Of a DNA stretch of 64,000 nt, positions 50,433 to 64,000 are shown piece after piece. The notes beneath the pieces were generated by a model. The model saw only the letters and a list, made by a program, of their open reading frames with translations, did no database searches and had not been told where the DNA came from. Origin of the DNA: Amphiscolops sp. MND2022 (Eukaryota); the NCBI GenBank assembly GCA_964187785.1, contig OZ076409.1, positions 13,146,001-13,210,000 on the forward strand. The letters are read 5' to 3'. The position numbers and the translations under genes are program-made. Within the stretch, counting starts at the first letter, position 1. Each line of letters starts with the position of its first letter.

Positions 50433-51208
50433 ATTTTCCGCCCATATTTCATATGGGAAAGGAAAGTATTTAAATCAAACGATTTTTTTTTACAAAATTT
50501 GCCAAGAATTGTTGTTTACGTAATATGAAGAAGTACATTCACAGAATTCAACTGACATAAATTTAGTTCCATGCGATATGTATTTGTAAAGATTTTTGGA
50601 CTTTTTTGGGAATGACGGAAATGACCCCATAATGACCCATAAATGACCCCGAAAATGACAAAAATTCAAAACTTTCCCAATTTTCACCGTTTTCATGCAT
50701 TTTTTGCCATTTTTTCGATAAACATCGTCGATTAGAATGTTGAAAACGTTCAACAAGGCACGAATTCGTTGTCCAATAGTATTCTGAAGAGATAAATTCG
50801 GTTTTTTAAAAGAAAAATTACCAAAAAAATGATTTAAAAATTCCAAAGTTTTTCGATTTTCAACGTTTTTATGCAATTTTTGTCAAATTTTCGATAGACT
50901 TCGTAGATTAGAATGTTGAAAACGCTTAACGTGACAGGAATGGCAGGAATTCGTTGTCCAGTATGCTTTTCCGAAGAGATAATGACTGTTTTCTAAATGA
51001 AAAATATATCAAATTGAAACCGAAAATGACAAAAAACCCAAAATTTTCCAATTTTCAAAGTTTTTTATGCAATTTTTGTCAAATTTTCGACAGACTTCGT
51101 AGATTGGAATGTTGAAAAGAGTCAACAAGGAACAAATTTGTTGTCCAGTAGTCTTTTTCGAAGAGATTTGGGGCGGAAAATATCCCGCTGGTCCGCGGGC
51201 GTCTTGTT
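50433..51208 (+). mobile_element. HINE-like family B variant with internal ~180-bp tandem units
   Basis: ATTTTCCGCCC ... GGGCGGAAAATATCCCGCTGGTCCGCGGGCGTCTTGTT. Three copies of GATT(A/G)GAATGTTGAAAA. Confidence 0.68.
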
Positions 51209-51542
51209 ACTGAAAAACGTTAGAAAATGGTTTCTGCCGATAATTTATGTAGAATTGGTAGATGACCCTTTCGAATTTTTTAGAGTTCATTTCAGTTACA
51301 GAGAAAATTTTGGGCGTTTTTTTTAATATTTGGCCGCCCAGGTGATAGTTTAAATCAGAGCAATTCGAAAGCTTCTACCAGACTTCTACAAATGACTAGT
51401 TTTGTCTCCAGCCTTCCGCTGATTTTTTTTAGTGGAGCTAGTATAAAGTGTGTCGTATTTGCGTTCACCCCATTTACAAGGCTAGACTGTACCCAATGCC
51501 CCCAAAGTCTTCGGGTCTTTTCGGTACTCTGCGACTTGTTTT

Positions 51543-52330
51543 AGTCGGCGCTTACGAAGTAAAAGCCTATTATAACAGTGGATTTTTAAGAGACAGATTT
51601 ATTTAATAATTATTGCAGATTTTAGTAACTTTCAACTGCCAATTGGCATAGAGGTTAACTCAGTTTTCCTAGAGACGACTTGTGGAGCAGGAGTACGTTG
51701 GTTTGAACCTCAAAATAAACCAAAAAGTTTTCATGCCAAAGTAGAGAGGAGAGCAAAGGTTCCCTCCTTTGGTTTTTAAATCTAAGTGTCACCTTGATTT
51801 TCAGCAGACTCAAATCGTTTGGCGAGCACAGAGTGCCACGTTAGGTTTTTTCGGCACAATGGGACAGCAAAAAAATTGAAACAAAAAATTCGAAAAAAAA
51901 TTTCATACATATTTTGTTTTCTTTTGTAATTTTCTGTCAAATAAAACTGCTTCCGAGTCTTTAGGGTGACCTGGTTGGGTATGTTTTGGTCATGTGGGAC
52001 TGATGAAAGTTTGATCCATACCTGTGGAAAAGACCGATTTTTCGGCACTGTGACATTTTTTCGAAAAAAAAATCATTTGGTCAAAGGGTTCCCGTACACT
52101 TTCAAACAAAGTTTTTGGCTTGGAAAAAATGTTTTGATAACTTAGAGGGTCTTTTTTGGGTTTTCAGCACTATGTCTATTTCCGGAGAAACAATGGTCTA
52201 CTTTGTTTCAAGAATTGGGTTTTTTGATGTTCGAGTATTTTCTGGCGCTGCGTCCCTTCGCATATTTGAAACACTTTGCTCTTTTTGAACCTTCAGCGGG
52301 GCACAAACTTGGTCTGCTCGGCTCGTGTAG
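51543..52330 (+). mobile_element. HINE-like family A, diverged copy
   Basis: 5' AGTCGGCGC, family-internal motifs and a degenerate 3' end. End approximate. Confidence 0.5.
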
Positions 52331-52505
52331 TTTTCCCACTTCATTTTTTGTTTTCGCAAGAGGCCAGAATGGTATCTAAAACCACCCGATATCTCGAATC
52401 AACATGATTAAGCTTTTTTTCTCAAATCAAAACATTTTAGATATCAATCCTTTAGATACTACTGTTTGTCCACATCTTACACGAAGTGGAAAACTGTAAA
52501 GTTAT

Positions 52506-52726
52506 GGCAAAAATGATCAGCTAAGTTACCATGCGAAGTATGGCACAGAAACGAAGCTACACGACTCTAATAACCAGTCTGTCGGCTTTGACAAGGGCGG
52601 CCACAGAGGAGTGTATAAGTGTGCTTTAGTCAAAACCTACAGACTGGTTATTACAGTCGCGGAGCTTCGTTTCTCTTCAACGTTTAGACGATTCAATGCA
52701 TGGTAACTTAGCTGATTATTTTTGCC
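52506..52726. repeat. Imperfect inverted repeat (MITE-like hairpin)
   Basis: GGCAAAAATGATCAGCTAAGTTACCATGC pairs with GCATGGTAACTTAGCTGATTATTTTTGCC. Inner TAACCAGTCTGT pairs with ACAGACTGGTTA. Confidence 0.75.
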
Positions 52727-53230
52727 TTAGTTTACCTAAGAATTATAGTTTACCCTGCAAAAAAAGAAAACCGAATCGCACGTTCTACGTTTAGACGCTT
52801 CCGTGCATGGTATTTTACCAGATCATTTTCTCCACAATTCAGCGGTTTTCGACTTCGTGTAGGATGAAGTGACGCCCGAAAATGATCAAATAAAATTAAC
52901 GCGCGGTTGCTGTCATGTAATAATTTCCTGTACGCGGTTTTTGTCAAGGTCTTATATGAAACAAACTCCCCGCTAATGTTTGGTTGCTTTTCGCCTCTCA
53001 AGCATGAGAAAAAAAATGAAAGGCAAAGTGTGTCAACAGCGTCATTTTTGATCTTTTAATGAATGAACTTGTTTTTCAAATCTTCGCCCGCTTTGAGCTT
53101 CGGGTGGATATTGAATGATGTAATTATATTTCAGTTCATCAAAGTTGAAAAGACACCCTAATTTTGCATTAATGGAAGTACGTGTACGGTTGCCTTGTGT
53201 CTTCTCCATAAGTCTGAAGTTGCATGAATG

Positions 53231-53595
53231 ACAAGACGCCCGCTAAGCACCGGGATATTTTCCGCCCTGTTCGCCTTCACCAACTGAGCCATAGCTATTT
53301 TAGGAAGGGGGGATATATAAAATATAGTGATTTTAGATCTTATTCCTTTTCGATCTTACTCCCGCCCTGAAACTTTAGATCTTATTCCCTTTAGATCTTA
53401 TTCCCTTTTTTGACTTTAGATATTATTCCCGCTGTATGCTATTTTAGTTACTTGACTATTTTAGTTACTAGTAGCTATATAAAATAGTCAAGTGCTCAAA
53501 TGGTGGAAATTGTGGAAATTTGGCAAAATTTGGAAAAAAACGCGTCACAGATCATGATTTTCCTCCCCCATTTATAAAATGTGGGGTCGGAAAAT
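53231..53595 (-). mobile_element. HINE-like family B copy
   Basis: ACAAGACGCCCGCTAAGCACCGGGATATTTTCCGCC ... TCGGAAAAT, with internal TTAGATCTTATTCCC repeats. Confidence 0.68.
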
Positions 53596-55853
53596 GAAAA
53601 ATATAGGCTGCTTTTTGGAAAACAGGGGCTCATTTTGTGAGTGATTTTTAGTGTGACCAATGGACCGCGTGCTGAATTGATTTCTTTGTTTGAAGCATTG
53701 TGTTTTTTGACATTTGTTTTCTTTACATTCTTTACATTACTCTTCAGTAGTAATCAACAAAACTCATCTGAAAAATTTTATTTAGACAATTGAAAGTCTG
53801 AATAACTTCGTTTTGAATGCAATCATTGTAAAAATGGTCATCGCTGACTCTCGCTTGAATTGTCACAGTTTTCAAACAAAGAAGTTTGTGAAATAAATCG
53901 AACTCTTTGAAACTTTTCATTCTGAAACACTGGCGTTTCTAATAGATTTGAGATATTGAACATCGTCAAAGTTGGCATTTGGCTTTCTTTCAAAACCCAT
54001 TGCTTTTTTCGCTTCAAAGGAGATCTCACGTCACAATCACAAAATTGAAACTGATGATTTAATTTCAAGAAAAGGAGTTGAGGATTTGAAATTTTGCAAG
54101 TTTTTGTTGATTCCAATTTTGAAATGAAAATATGTACATCTTGCCTCTATTACATGTGAAATAGCTATTCACAAGGACAGTTATGTTTCCAAACCTGCTT
54201 TTTTTGGAATATTCAACAGATTGAGCTTCGTATTTACAGAATCTTTTCTCTCTTGAATATCACAATCATCATAAAAGCGAGTTGGTTTAGGCGCCATGTT
54301 TAATAAATTTGAGGAAATTCAAATTTCCACATATTGTTTGCATTTGACATCTTGGCAAAACAAATTTTTCTTTTTTGCTAGACCGATTCCAATTAACGCT
54401 CAGCGGAAAAAACGACTACTGTTGTCTGTAGCCTGCGTTTGATGTATAGATAACATTCAAAGAAATGTTTCCATTAATTTTTAGATGGAAATTTCTGCCG
54501 TTGCAATTATTTCTACATATCCCTATGCAAATACCAGTTTACCCGTAGCCTTTAATAGCGTCAGGTGTTCATGTCACAATTCTGATTTTCACGTATGATT
54601 TCATTCAGTGCTGAAAAAAAGTCCTGCGCGAAAGATTGAATTTGAGTCAAAAAGCCCTTGTCAATTTTTTCACTCGATTAATTTCGAAACTTCTTTGATG
54701 AAGTAGAGTCACCAAAAAACATCTGGGACCCCAAAATTAAATTTGTTTTTCCACAAAACATTACAGGAATATGGAACCGCCTGTAACTACGAACTTGTAA
54801 ATGTGATGTAAACTTATTAATGTAAACGTTATAAAATGTTTGAATTTTATAACTTACTTGTGCATGAATAATTCGGTATGGTTTTTTGCATGGATAGTAT
54901 CAAGATTTTAGTATTTGAATTGAGAATATTCTAAGGATTGTTTTCTGAGTCTCTAAAAAGGGTAAATGTATGAAAATGTGTATTCTACTAGAAATATTAT
55001 CAAAATTTTATTTCACCTTAGTCGGGTTTTCTTTAAATGTTGAAAACGAGCAAGAAATTTGAAAAAACCACATCAGAAATGTCAGTCTGAAAACTATAAT
55101 TCAGAGCTCCAAGCGGTGCAAGTTCAGAAGCTATTACTGTTGCGAACCGAATGCATCGTACTACGCTTCTAAATTTTCTCAAAACTGTTCGTTACGTCTT
55201 TCCCGAAGAATGTAGACGTATTCACAATGCTATTGAAGCATTATAATAACATTGAAATTAGAATCGAACGATGCAAATTTTGTGAGAGTTTTGTAAAATT
55301 TATGCATTTTTTGTACCATTTTTAGCTGAAATTCGCAAATTTTGCAAGAATCTTGTAAGAGTTAGTGTCAAATAATGCATTTTCGTACAAGAATTTTTGT
55401 AAGAATTTTGCAAAAGATGTGAATTTTTTCAACTAGGGTTCTAATTTGCCGAGCTTAAAAAACATTTATTTCCCACGTAGCCCATTTATAACTTGAATTA
55501 GCAGTAACTTGAATTATATTGAGTTCTAAACGAAAAAAATGTTGACTCTCGGGATGAAAACTTGAATGTCGAGCTGAAAACGTCTTTTTTGTCCGTTTGG
55601 CGGCGTGTATTTAGTTTCATCATTTAGTCTAACTTTTTATCGTCGGTAAATGAAAATTATCACGAAAACAAAAAACTTGCACTATTGTTGAATACTGAAA
55701 ATACTGCAGGTATGGGCGTTTCTCTCAAAAATGCTGTCCTTTTTTGTTGGAAAACCTGGAAAATTAAGGGAATCTTGGGAACTTGATTGAATTTTCAGCA
55801 TCCTTGATTCCAAGAAGTGCGGTTTTCGAGTCTCTAGATAACTTCTTTTCACA

Positions 55854-56013
55854 CATAGAGTTGCTTAGCGGAAAATAATGAGCACCTAATTGGACGAAAT
55901 GATTAACGGCTCGAAATTCAAGTTTAATGACAATTGTCATTAAACTTGAATTTCGAGCCGTTAATCATTTCGTCCAATTAGGTGCTCATTATTTTCCGCT
56001 AAGCAACTCTATG
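55854..56013. repeat. 160-bp perfect palindrome
   Basis: 80-bp arms CATAGAG...CTCTATG centred on GACAA|TTGTC. Confidence 0.95.
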
Positions 56014-58599
56014 ATTAATCAATTGATTAATCAATTCTTTTCCAGGTTATTTATTCAAGGTGCCGATTTTTGCAACAAGTTTTCTCGAGCTAAATTTTCA
56101 GCTTGTATTCTTTCAGCCAACAAGGAGAATAAGTCTTATCGCATAATCTGGGAAAATAAATGGAAAAATGGATTGGTTATTCTATCAAAGAACTCGTTTA
56201 TTTGTGCTGTTTTCCCTCACAGTTTGTCGTTTCCATACAAAACTGTGAAGTGAGAGTTGACTACATACATGAACGCGTTTATTGTTCACGTGGAACGGAG
56301 GTTGGAAAAAGCGGGAAAACGGGAAGGAAGAAAACAATAAGTAAGATTTGTATTTGATTTAATTGCTTCTTCTAAATGGCCATTGAAAAGCCCTGGGCTG
56401 TTGAGAATTGGGTAGATACCGGTGCCCTATTGGTCGGATAGGTTGCAAGGCTATCCCATTTTGTTGACATAATTAGTTCCCTTTAGCCGCTTTCACTAGC
56501 TGACGCTTGCAACAGGCAGCGAGGGACAACCGACTAACTACTATTCCCATATACTACCCCTACCCCAATGGGGGGATAGGGGTACTGTAAGAGGTAGTTG
56601 GAACGGGGAGGTAGTATTTTGTTTAAGCGACCGCTGATACATAAAGGTATTTCATAACGAGCCAATCATATTTCATCATTTCAGCTGCTGCACACTTCAG
56701 CAATAATGTGTAAACTTTCATTTATTCCTTCAAATATTTCCATTTCCCAGCGTGATACAATACATTTGATTGATGAATGAATGATTGCTGTAGCTTTCAT
56801 TTTTTCATCCAAATGTTTCTTATTTCACCCTACTGACAGACTTTTCACTTCACAACATAATCCCCCAAATTGCCTGTTTTCATTTTACCTGCTGCGTGTT
56901 ACTTACCTGTTAAGGGTTTACCTACCAGCCACCCGCGCACGGCGTTATTTCTCCCGCCAATTTTCCTTCCTTTTTATCAGGGGCAAGACTCCGAAAATAA
57001 ATAAAGTCTTTCCCCGACGCGTGGGTTCTCTTCTGCTGTTCAATCAACTCAGCTTACCATCTCACCAATTTTTGTTTCAATTCCCAATTGGTGTCTACTT
57101 TTATGGCCAAATTTTTAACTCCCTCAGTTACACATAGGCATCGTTATATGATATTAGATATAGTTATAAATAACCGCAACTTTTCTCCTTCCAGTTTATA
57201 ACTCATCCAAGCAGTAAGGCAAAAATTTTGGAATTATTCGAATTTTCGAGGTTTACCTGCCTCCCATGTCTAATCAATCAAATGCATTTGATCAAAGAAG
57301 AAATCTTTCATTTCTTATTCTAGTCTTGAAGCTTTTTTCTCCCATTCAAGCAGGTATCAAAAACCGCTTTTCTAAGAATTCTTCTTTTCAAAATATATCA
57401 TCAAGCATGATACTTGATTGAACAAAGATGAATCGATTTGTGTTCCGTGCTTTGTTCGTCTACTTTACTATTTTCCTCGGAAGTGCAAGTTTAATAGAAA
57501 ATCATTCCTTTTACTGACACCCAAAAAACATTCATCACATTTTTTTCTCCAACGCACCGGTTACGTATTCGAATCAGTGATACAAGCTTCAATTGTGAGT
57601 AATTTTGTTCACGCCCCAAACATCTATTCATTCATTTTTTTTTCGAAAAAAGTTTATAGTCAAGCGGAACGACTTTTATTGTGTCGTCCTCTTAAAGAAT
57701 AGTAATTTGCGCCATTTTGATTGAACTACCGTGGAAAAAAGGTTGTTTCTGCACCTGAAAGCGGGGCGGTTTGGTTGTTGTAAGAGGTTTGTCCGAATAA
57801 GTTATCAAAAGAAGCATGAAAACAAATTTGGACACGGTGAAAATTTATGACATCACATGAGGTCACCGTGGAAGACAATAAATCCGACTGGAGCCTATTT
57901 ATTGTAATGGAGCCTATTTCTTTCTGCTCCTTATTTTTTTACTGACAAGACCGTACGTAATGAAACCACAATATAGTTTTGTTGATTAACTACATTCATG
58001 TACTTATAATTATATGGAAAATTTCTATGTTTTTTTAAAATGTAAAGTGTTTTTCAAAATGTCTTTTTGTGGGCCTCTGTGATTTTCTGAGGAATTTTTG
58101 ATACCCATCGTATAATTCGAGTCTCTCCTTATTCTTAAAACACCCGTCAGCAGTTACATGGAAAAATTAGTATATTACTGAGTTAGTTTTTTTCGTAATG
58201 GATCGGGTTTACTCTCAACAGTTGTTATTCAGTAGGGTGGCTCGCGCAAAGAAGGGAATTCAGAGGCCAGGTAGTTTGCAGGTAGTATGAAATTATATTT
58301 CAATAAAAATCTTTCCTTTATCTTTTCATCATCCTAATTCTCGAATTCAAAGGGTCTCTTTTGAATTCAAACACTGCAACAATCGAATATCTTTTTGTTT
58401 TCTTTTCCGTCAACAAGGGATCAATCTTGAACCACGTGAACTTCGCCATTTGAACTTGAAGTGCTTTTTTTGGACACTTCCCCCGTCTCTAGTGACCCTT
58501 ATCTTTTGGTGACACTGTGTCCCTTCTGTTTTTGGGAATGGAAAAGTGTATTTCTAGATTTGGGTGTCTCATACAATTATTTTGAAATGTTAAATATCG

Positions 58600-59095
58600 C
58601 TTTCCTTAGCAAATACAGACCATAGACTATAAAAGTGGCTTTTTTTGAGACCAGCGAGCTTCCCGTTTTCGCTTAAGTACGGTCTTTTGGCATAACAGAC
58701 TAGTGCGTGCCTGTCCAGCAAAGGTACTTGGGTTCGAATTCCAGAATGGACATTTTTTTTATTTTCGCAGAAATCAACAAGGCCAAATTGTCTTCTTTCG
58801 GGTTTTTTGACACTGAGCGATTTTCGAGAATCTTTGCATTTGATCAAAGGGTACAAAAATTGATGAAGAAAAAAAGGAAATAAAAAATTAGAAATCTTTT
58901 TATGTTCGGGTTTTTTAATGTTTCTTGTTTGGAAAAACAGGTTTTCGGGTCTCAAGGGTACACCTCGGGTATTTTTTGGCACCGTATGATGAATAAAAAG
59001 TTTCACAATAGGTGTCCATTTGAATATTTAAAAATTGAACTTTAATGTTCTTAAACCCTGAGCAGGGCGCCGACATAGGCTGCTCCCGTCTTGTT
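58600..59095 (+). mobile_element. HINE-like family A copy with tRNA-like cassette (related copy about 32587-33195)
   Basis: 3' end GGCGCCGACATAGGCTGCTCCCGTCTTGTT. Internal sequence colinear with about 32590-33190. Start approximate. Confidence 0.6.
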
Positions 59096-62000
59096 AAAAA
59101 TCTCTGCTTAAGTTGAAATATTGGCGCTGGTGAGGCATACTTTGTTCACTCGAGCTGCTGACAAACCCTCTCTTGCGTCATGTTCAAATAGCCAACACTC
59201 ACATAAGCTAGCGATATTGATAAGCGATTTCTGACTACCTCCAAAGAAGCGAATATAAAAAGCCATTATCACTTAGTAGTTTTCTTTTTAAACAAGGGGA
59301 AAAACTATCATCCTTCAACTCAAGTAGGAAAACTTAGTGTTCGAATTTTGGATGCTTTCAGTAAACGCTCACTGGATTTGCATTCCTGCAAAATTCAGAA
59401 TTGGTTTATCGAAAAGTTTTTTTAGTTGCAGAATTACTACGATTTTGTACCACGATGTTCAGATATTGCAGTATAACTCGGATGATTTCTTTTTGTTACT
59501 GTGGGTTGTTAGTTATTAAACCTCACAAAATAAATCTTCGCGATTGAAACAAAAAACCGATTGAAACTCTGAAAAATTGTATATGATGGCTCAACACTTT
59601 CCTTGAGCCTTTCTTAACAACATGGGCGTTACGCTGTAGATTGCGTGGAGAGGTTTGAAGATGTTGTAAGTTGTATTTTAAAACAAATACTTTGTTCATA
59701 TTGAAGAATTTTGACAGAAAAGTTTGCATCGAAGTGCAATTCTGATCGTAAAACTGTTTGTGCCTTAGGGGCGGGTGGTAAATCAAAACTAATCTGAAGT
59801 GCCAAAAATGTTTTCATAGCTGGTTTGAAAAGTTCTGAACGCTTTCAAAAAATAATTACTGTCATTATATAATAAAGATGCTTATCAATTATCAGATCTA
59901 CATTTTTCATCAGTCATTTTTTAGTATTCTTTTGTTTTAGTTTTCTTTTGTTCTAGCATGAAGAACCTAGTCAGTTTGTTAAAGCATGAATAAATATATA
60001 TGTATATACGTCATTGGTCGGTCCATTCTCCACCATGGTAGATATACCACTTATACTGTAACTATCCTTCCATATTTGGCCATCATTATCTGTATCATTC
60101 ATACAATCTTTCTTTTTCTTTGTCTGGGCGAAAATGTCAGCTCTGGGATGCCGCAAGGCTTTGGCCTGTAATGTCTGGAAACGAAAAATGATCAATGACA
60201 AGTAATGGAATTGAGGGAACTTCAGTTGGGTGATTCCCATTTATCTGCAGTCTTCTCTGCGCTGCGCTTCCAATGTGTGATTATTCCATGCGTGAAGTAT
60301 CTGCGGAATAAAGCAGTATAGAGTGTCCTCTACTGGTCGCCACCCCTAAGTCTCAACAACCATCCTCTGATCACCCCTACCCAACCCCCCCCCCCCTCAG
60401 ATGTGAATGGAGTCTACTACGATTAACTGAACCTGAGCTACTGAAGCATCCATCTCCACGTCTCTGTATTTCCCGCTAATCTGTCTGCTCCCTCCATTTG
60501 AGAGTGATTCCCGCTACTTGTAGAACTACCCCTTCACACATCAAAGTGTACCGCGCATGATTTTAATCATTACGACAGTCAGTTTTTTCGAGAATTGTTC
60601 TGACTGCAACCGAGATTAAAGAAGTAGGATTTCCCCATTAATGCATATTGTCTTCGATTCCAAGTATCGACAGCGTCAAATATTGAGAATTTTTCAAAAT
60701 CATAGCCTCAAATGTCTCAGTTTTCTGGGAATGAAAAATCTGGAAGGTCTCAGGCAAATGGTCTTCAATAATAGCTCCTTTTTTCATTGTTGACCTTCGT
60801 TCATCTTTCTGCAAAACAAAAAATCTTTGTAAAATTTTATAAAATGTTTACTGCATTTTCGATTTTCGTTTTCGATTTTGAGCAGCGGTTTTTTCAACGA
60901 AAAATGCTAGGTAACTGACGCAACTCAAATATTCTATCCAAATATGCTCAAATATTTGCTTAACTTCTGCATTTAGGGCATTATATGTATAGCTAGCTAT
61001 GTGAAAGTGGAGAATCACGTTTCTATAGTTTAGGTCATTCTAACCTAGAATATTTTGACGTGGGCTATTCTAACTTGACACCGGTTTGACTGACCGATTC
61101 ACTAAACAAATCCGTGGGACCCCGAAGTTATGAACAAACTTAAGGTTCTTCAATATTAACAAATTGGATATTTTGATAGAGAATGTTCATGCGGAGACCT
61201 TTTGAAAAGGACTAAAGGAATATTGATCAATATAGCAGAAAGATTTTTTAAAATAAAATCATTATTTTCTACAGTTTTCGTTGTGAAGGGTTTTATCGAG
61301 CCCTGAATCTGATTTTACGCTGCATAAACGCATTCAGAGTAATTATTAAAAAGTTTCGGAATGAAAAATGAAATTACTGCAAATTTGTCAAAACACCGAA
61401 GCCACCAAGAATATTGATTCCACAATAAACTCCTATTTTTTATGGCATATGATATATTAGAAGCTTTTCGTGGCAAATTCATCATTTTTTGCTTTGCCTC
61501 GCGTCGCTGGAAATGAAACTTCAAATGTTCTTCCGCTGATACAAGGAAGTGAAGCTCAAACTGTTCACATTTTCACACTTCCGGTTTGGTTTTTCACCTG
61601 TAGACAAAGGACAGCATTCGTTCACGTGATGTTTTTTGCCACATTGACTGGTTTATGGTGTTTCCCATTGTTAACTAATGAGGGAGTCACGTATAAAGGT
61701 GTTGTAAATGGAGAAACAAAGCACAATTTATTAGCAATACCGTGCTTGCTGTCTGTCAATTCACTGACATGACAATTCAAGGTGACAACCTGTTCTGACT
61801 CATATGACGTAATATTAAATCACTCGTTTATGTCAAAGTTTTTGTGAGCCTGGTGTTGAAAACAAACCATTCTGAGTTCCACACTAAAGGGAAAAGTTCT
61901 ACATAAATGAACCATATGTTCTAGTTAGGGAAAACTATTTGGGAATCAATCATTTGCTCTTATTAGTTCAAGATTTGAAGAGTTATCATAAAATGTATAC

Positions 62001-63852
62001 ATTAACATCATCTATTTTTATTGACCCAATTCTCGGCAGCTTCGAGCGACAAAGCTCAAGGAGAAAAATCATACTTTAGTTGAGAAAAAACTTGTTTTTT
62101 TGACGATTATTTTTATTTTCTGTGAAATCGAAGTCAGTTTTAAAAAGTAAATGTTCTAGACCATTTCCTCGTTTGATGTTCCCCTTTCGATACCGTTCGC
62201 ATATTTTGGCGTCAATTCGACTATTACCTCGATAAAAATCAATCCTGTTCAAAATCTTTACATTGTGTAGATTCACCGAAAAGGAAAATTGGAGAAAGCA
62301 TAATCTTGGCGGAAGTGCCCGCTACTTAGAAAGCTCTGTGTTTCCTTTCTGGCGAAATTAATTAGATTATGAGGAAAAAGGGAAATTAAGGAAGTACGCT
62401 ATCATGGATTTGTTCGTCAAACATGTAATTACCATGATCATCCTGTGACAGGGAAAGTCTTAATTCCTCGTGCTGTCTAATTTAATCCTTTTACTCAATT
62501 TGTTCACGTGTATTTACTTTTGTCATCACTTTTCCATCTGTACTAGATCACGCTTCATGTGGAAAAGTTCCGCAGTTAAAAAGTGTGAACAAGAATCACA
62601 TCAAGTTTTTGATGAACAGGCATCGAAAGTTTGATCTGATCAAGTTACCTAGTATTGGAAAATTCAGGAAGAAATGGTTCAGTTCCTGATAATTGCTGTT
62701 TTTTCTCATTTCAATCTTTCTGAAAGAAAAAACCCGTGCGTTTTGAAACCGCGATATGACATAAATCCGTTAGTCATATATCATGCATAGTTTATTCAAT
62801 ACTTTTTAAATCCATTCTTCACAACTTTTTGTTGACTTTCTTTGGCGTTTTCAGATCATTTCTGAAAAAAACTCATGTAATCTGAAACAATATTTTTAAG
62901 AGCTTGTTAGGAACTTTTCATATATTTTGGAACAGTTATGTAGAGTGTTGCTTTTAAATTCAAATTGGTTTTTTGCGTTATTTTTAGGCGACAACTTTTT
63001 GAAAATTGATGAAAAGTCCACATGTGGTATTTATCAAATTGTCTCGTAGTAAATTTACTCGATGTGTAACATCGCGACTATTACTCTAGCTTCATTTCAA
63101 GAGCGCCAATTGAGAATTTCTTTAAAAAACGACGCAATCATCTGATTTTTTCTTTACGCTCTGCGCTTGAAATGTTTCCGCTCTCATCGAATTTTTGCAG
63201 TTAATAAAATATACGGGATTTTCTGCGATGCGCAACCGACCGTTTTTTGTAACTTGCAACTGTTAGTTTTTGACCAAATTGAGACTTGATACAAACAAAC
63301 AACCACCACGGGGGAAGATATAAGTTGAATGGTTTGAAACGGTACTGAATTATTATACCAACTGAACGTTCTTACACAGCTCCCATAATTTAAGCAGTTC
63401 ATTTTCCTTTTCCGTCTCTCTCCGTTACTTACTTTCGAATTGAAATGCGCCGTAATATTAAGCTTGACGTTAAACACATAAACGTACTTGAGCTAACAAC
63501 ATAGCCACTTTATACCGTTTCCATTCATTCATACATATTCCTCGTGACATTTTCCTCTTTTTTATCAACCACTGATAACCACTCTCGTATATTTATTGCA
63601 TGATTCGAAAAATTCATTCAGGCTCGCTTCTTGCTACTGATTTCAGACGACGCCTCGTTGCACATTGGGCTGACTTGACTGTTCATTAAAAATGTTCATA
63701 AAACAACATCTGAGGTGTCTGTCCAGCAAATGCTACTGCCCATGTTTTACCTCCAATTTATCGATTCTCGTCGCAATGTTTAAGCATTGCAACCTCTTCC
63801 ACCAGTAGACGTTACGTCTTACATATTACGTAACGAACAAAGTACATGTTTT

Positions 63853-64000
63853 TAGTCGGCGCCTTTTACCTTAAGGGAAAAAGCCCGACTATTACAGTGG
63901 GTAGTTTGTTCAGTTCACGTTGAATGGTCCACTTTTTTGTTCATTTGTTAAACATTTTAGCCGAGATATTATCGTTTAGATATAAAGTTTCAAAGTTCGG
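63853..64000 (+). mobile_element. HINE-like family A 5' end
   Basis: TTTTTAGTCGGCGCC..AAAAGCCCGACTATTACAGTG. Confidence 0.6.

Noticed and set aside
59971..61670. Possible spliced minus-strand host gene (MGNTINQSMW... exon about 61599-61669 joined to an acceptor near 60300)
   Set aside because: Yields only a ~49-aa peptide with no recognisable homology. The splice sites could be chance.

Overview
AT-rich, transposon-saturated eukaryotic DNA of animal type. I could not assemble any host protein-coding gene with confidence. The only intact coding unit is a young, complete 8.4-kb LTR retroelement (19977-28374) with TG..CA LTRs of 1853 and 1656 bp that are about 99.7% identical, a GAAAC target-site duplication, a tRNA-Asn-type PBS and a PPT. 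It encodes Gag, a CCHC knuckle and an aspartic protease but no RT, RNase H or integrase. Where pol should be, it carries an overlapping +1-frame ORF with a TARG1/OARD1-like ADP-ribose-glycohydrolase macrodomain that retains the catalytic Lys/Asp motifs. After that come two divergent ~100-aa ORFs that look like remote paralogues. The rest of the window is nested TE debris: a decayed Ty3/Gypsy, a decayed CR1/L2-type LINE, a CGGBP1-like hAT transposase relic, Tc1 relics, hAT and Tc1/pogo MITEs, two abundant Helentron/HINE-like families (some copies carry tRNA-like Pol III cassettes) and several spacer-less palindromes up to 561 bp. All family assignments come from motifs recognised by eye, not from database searches.
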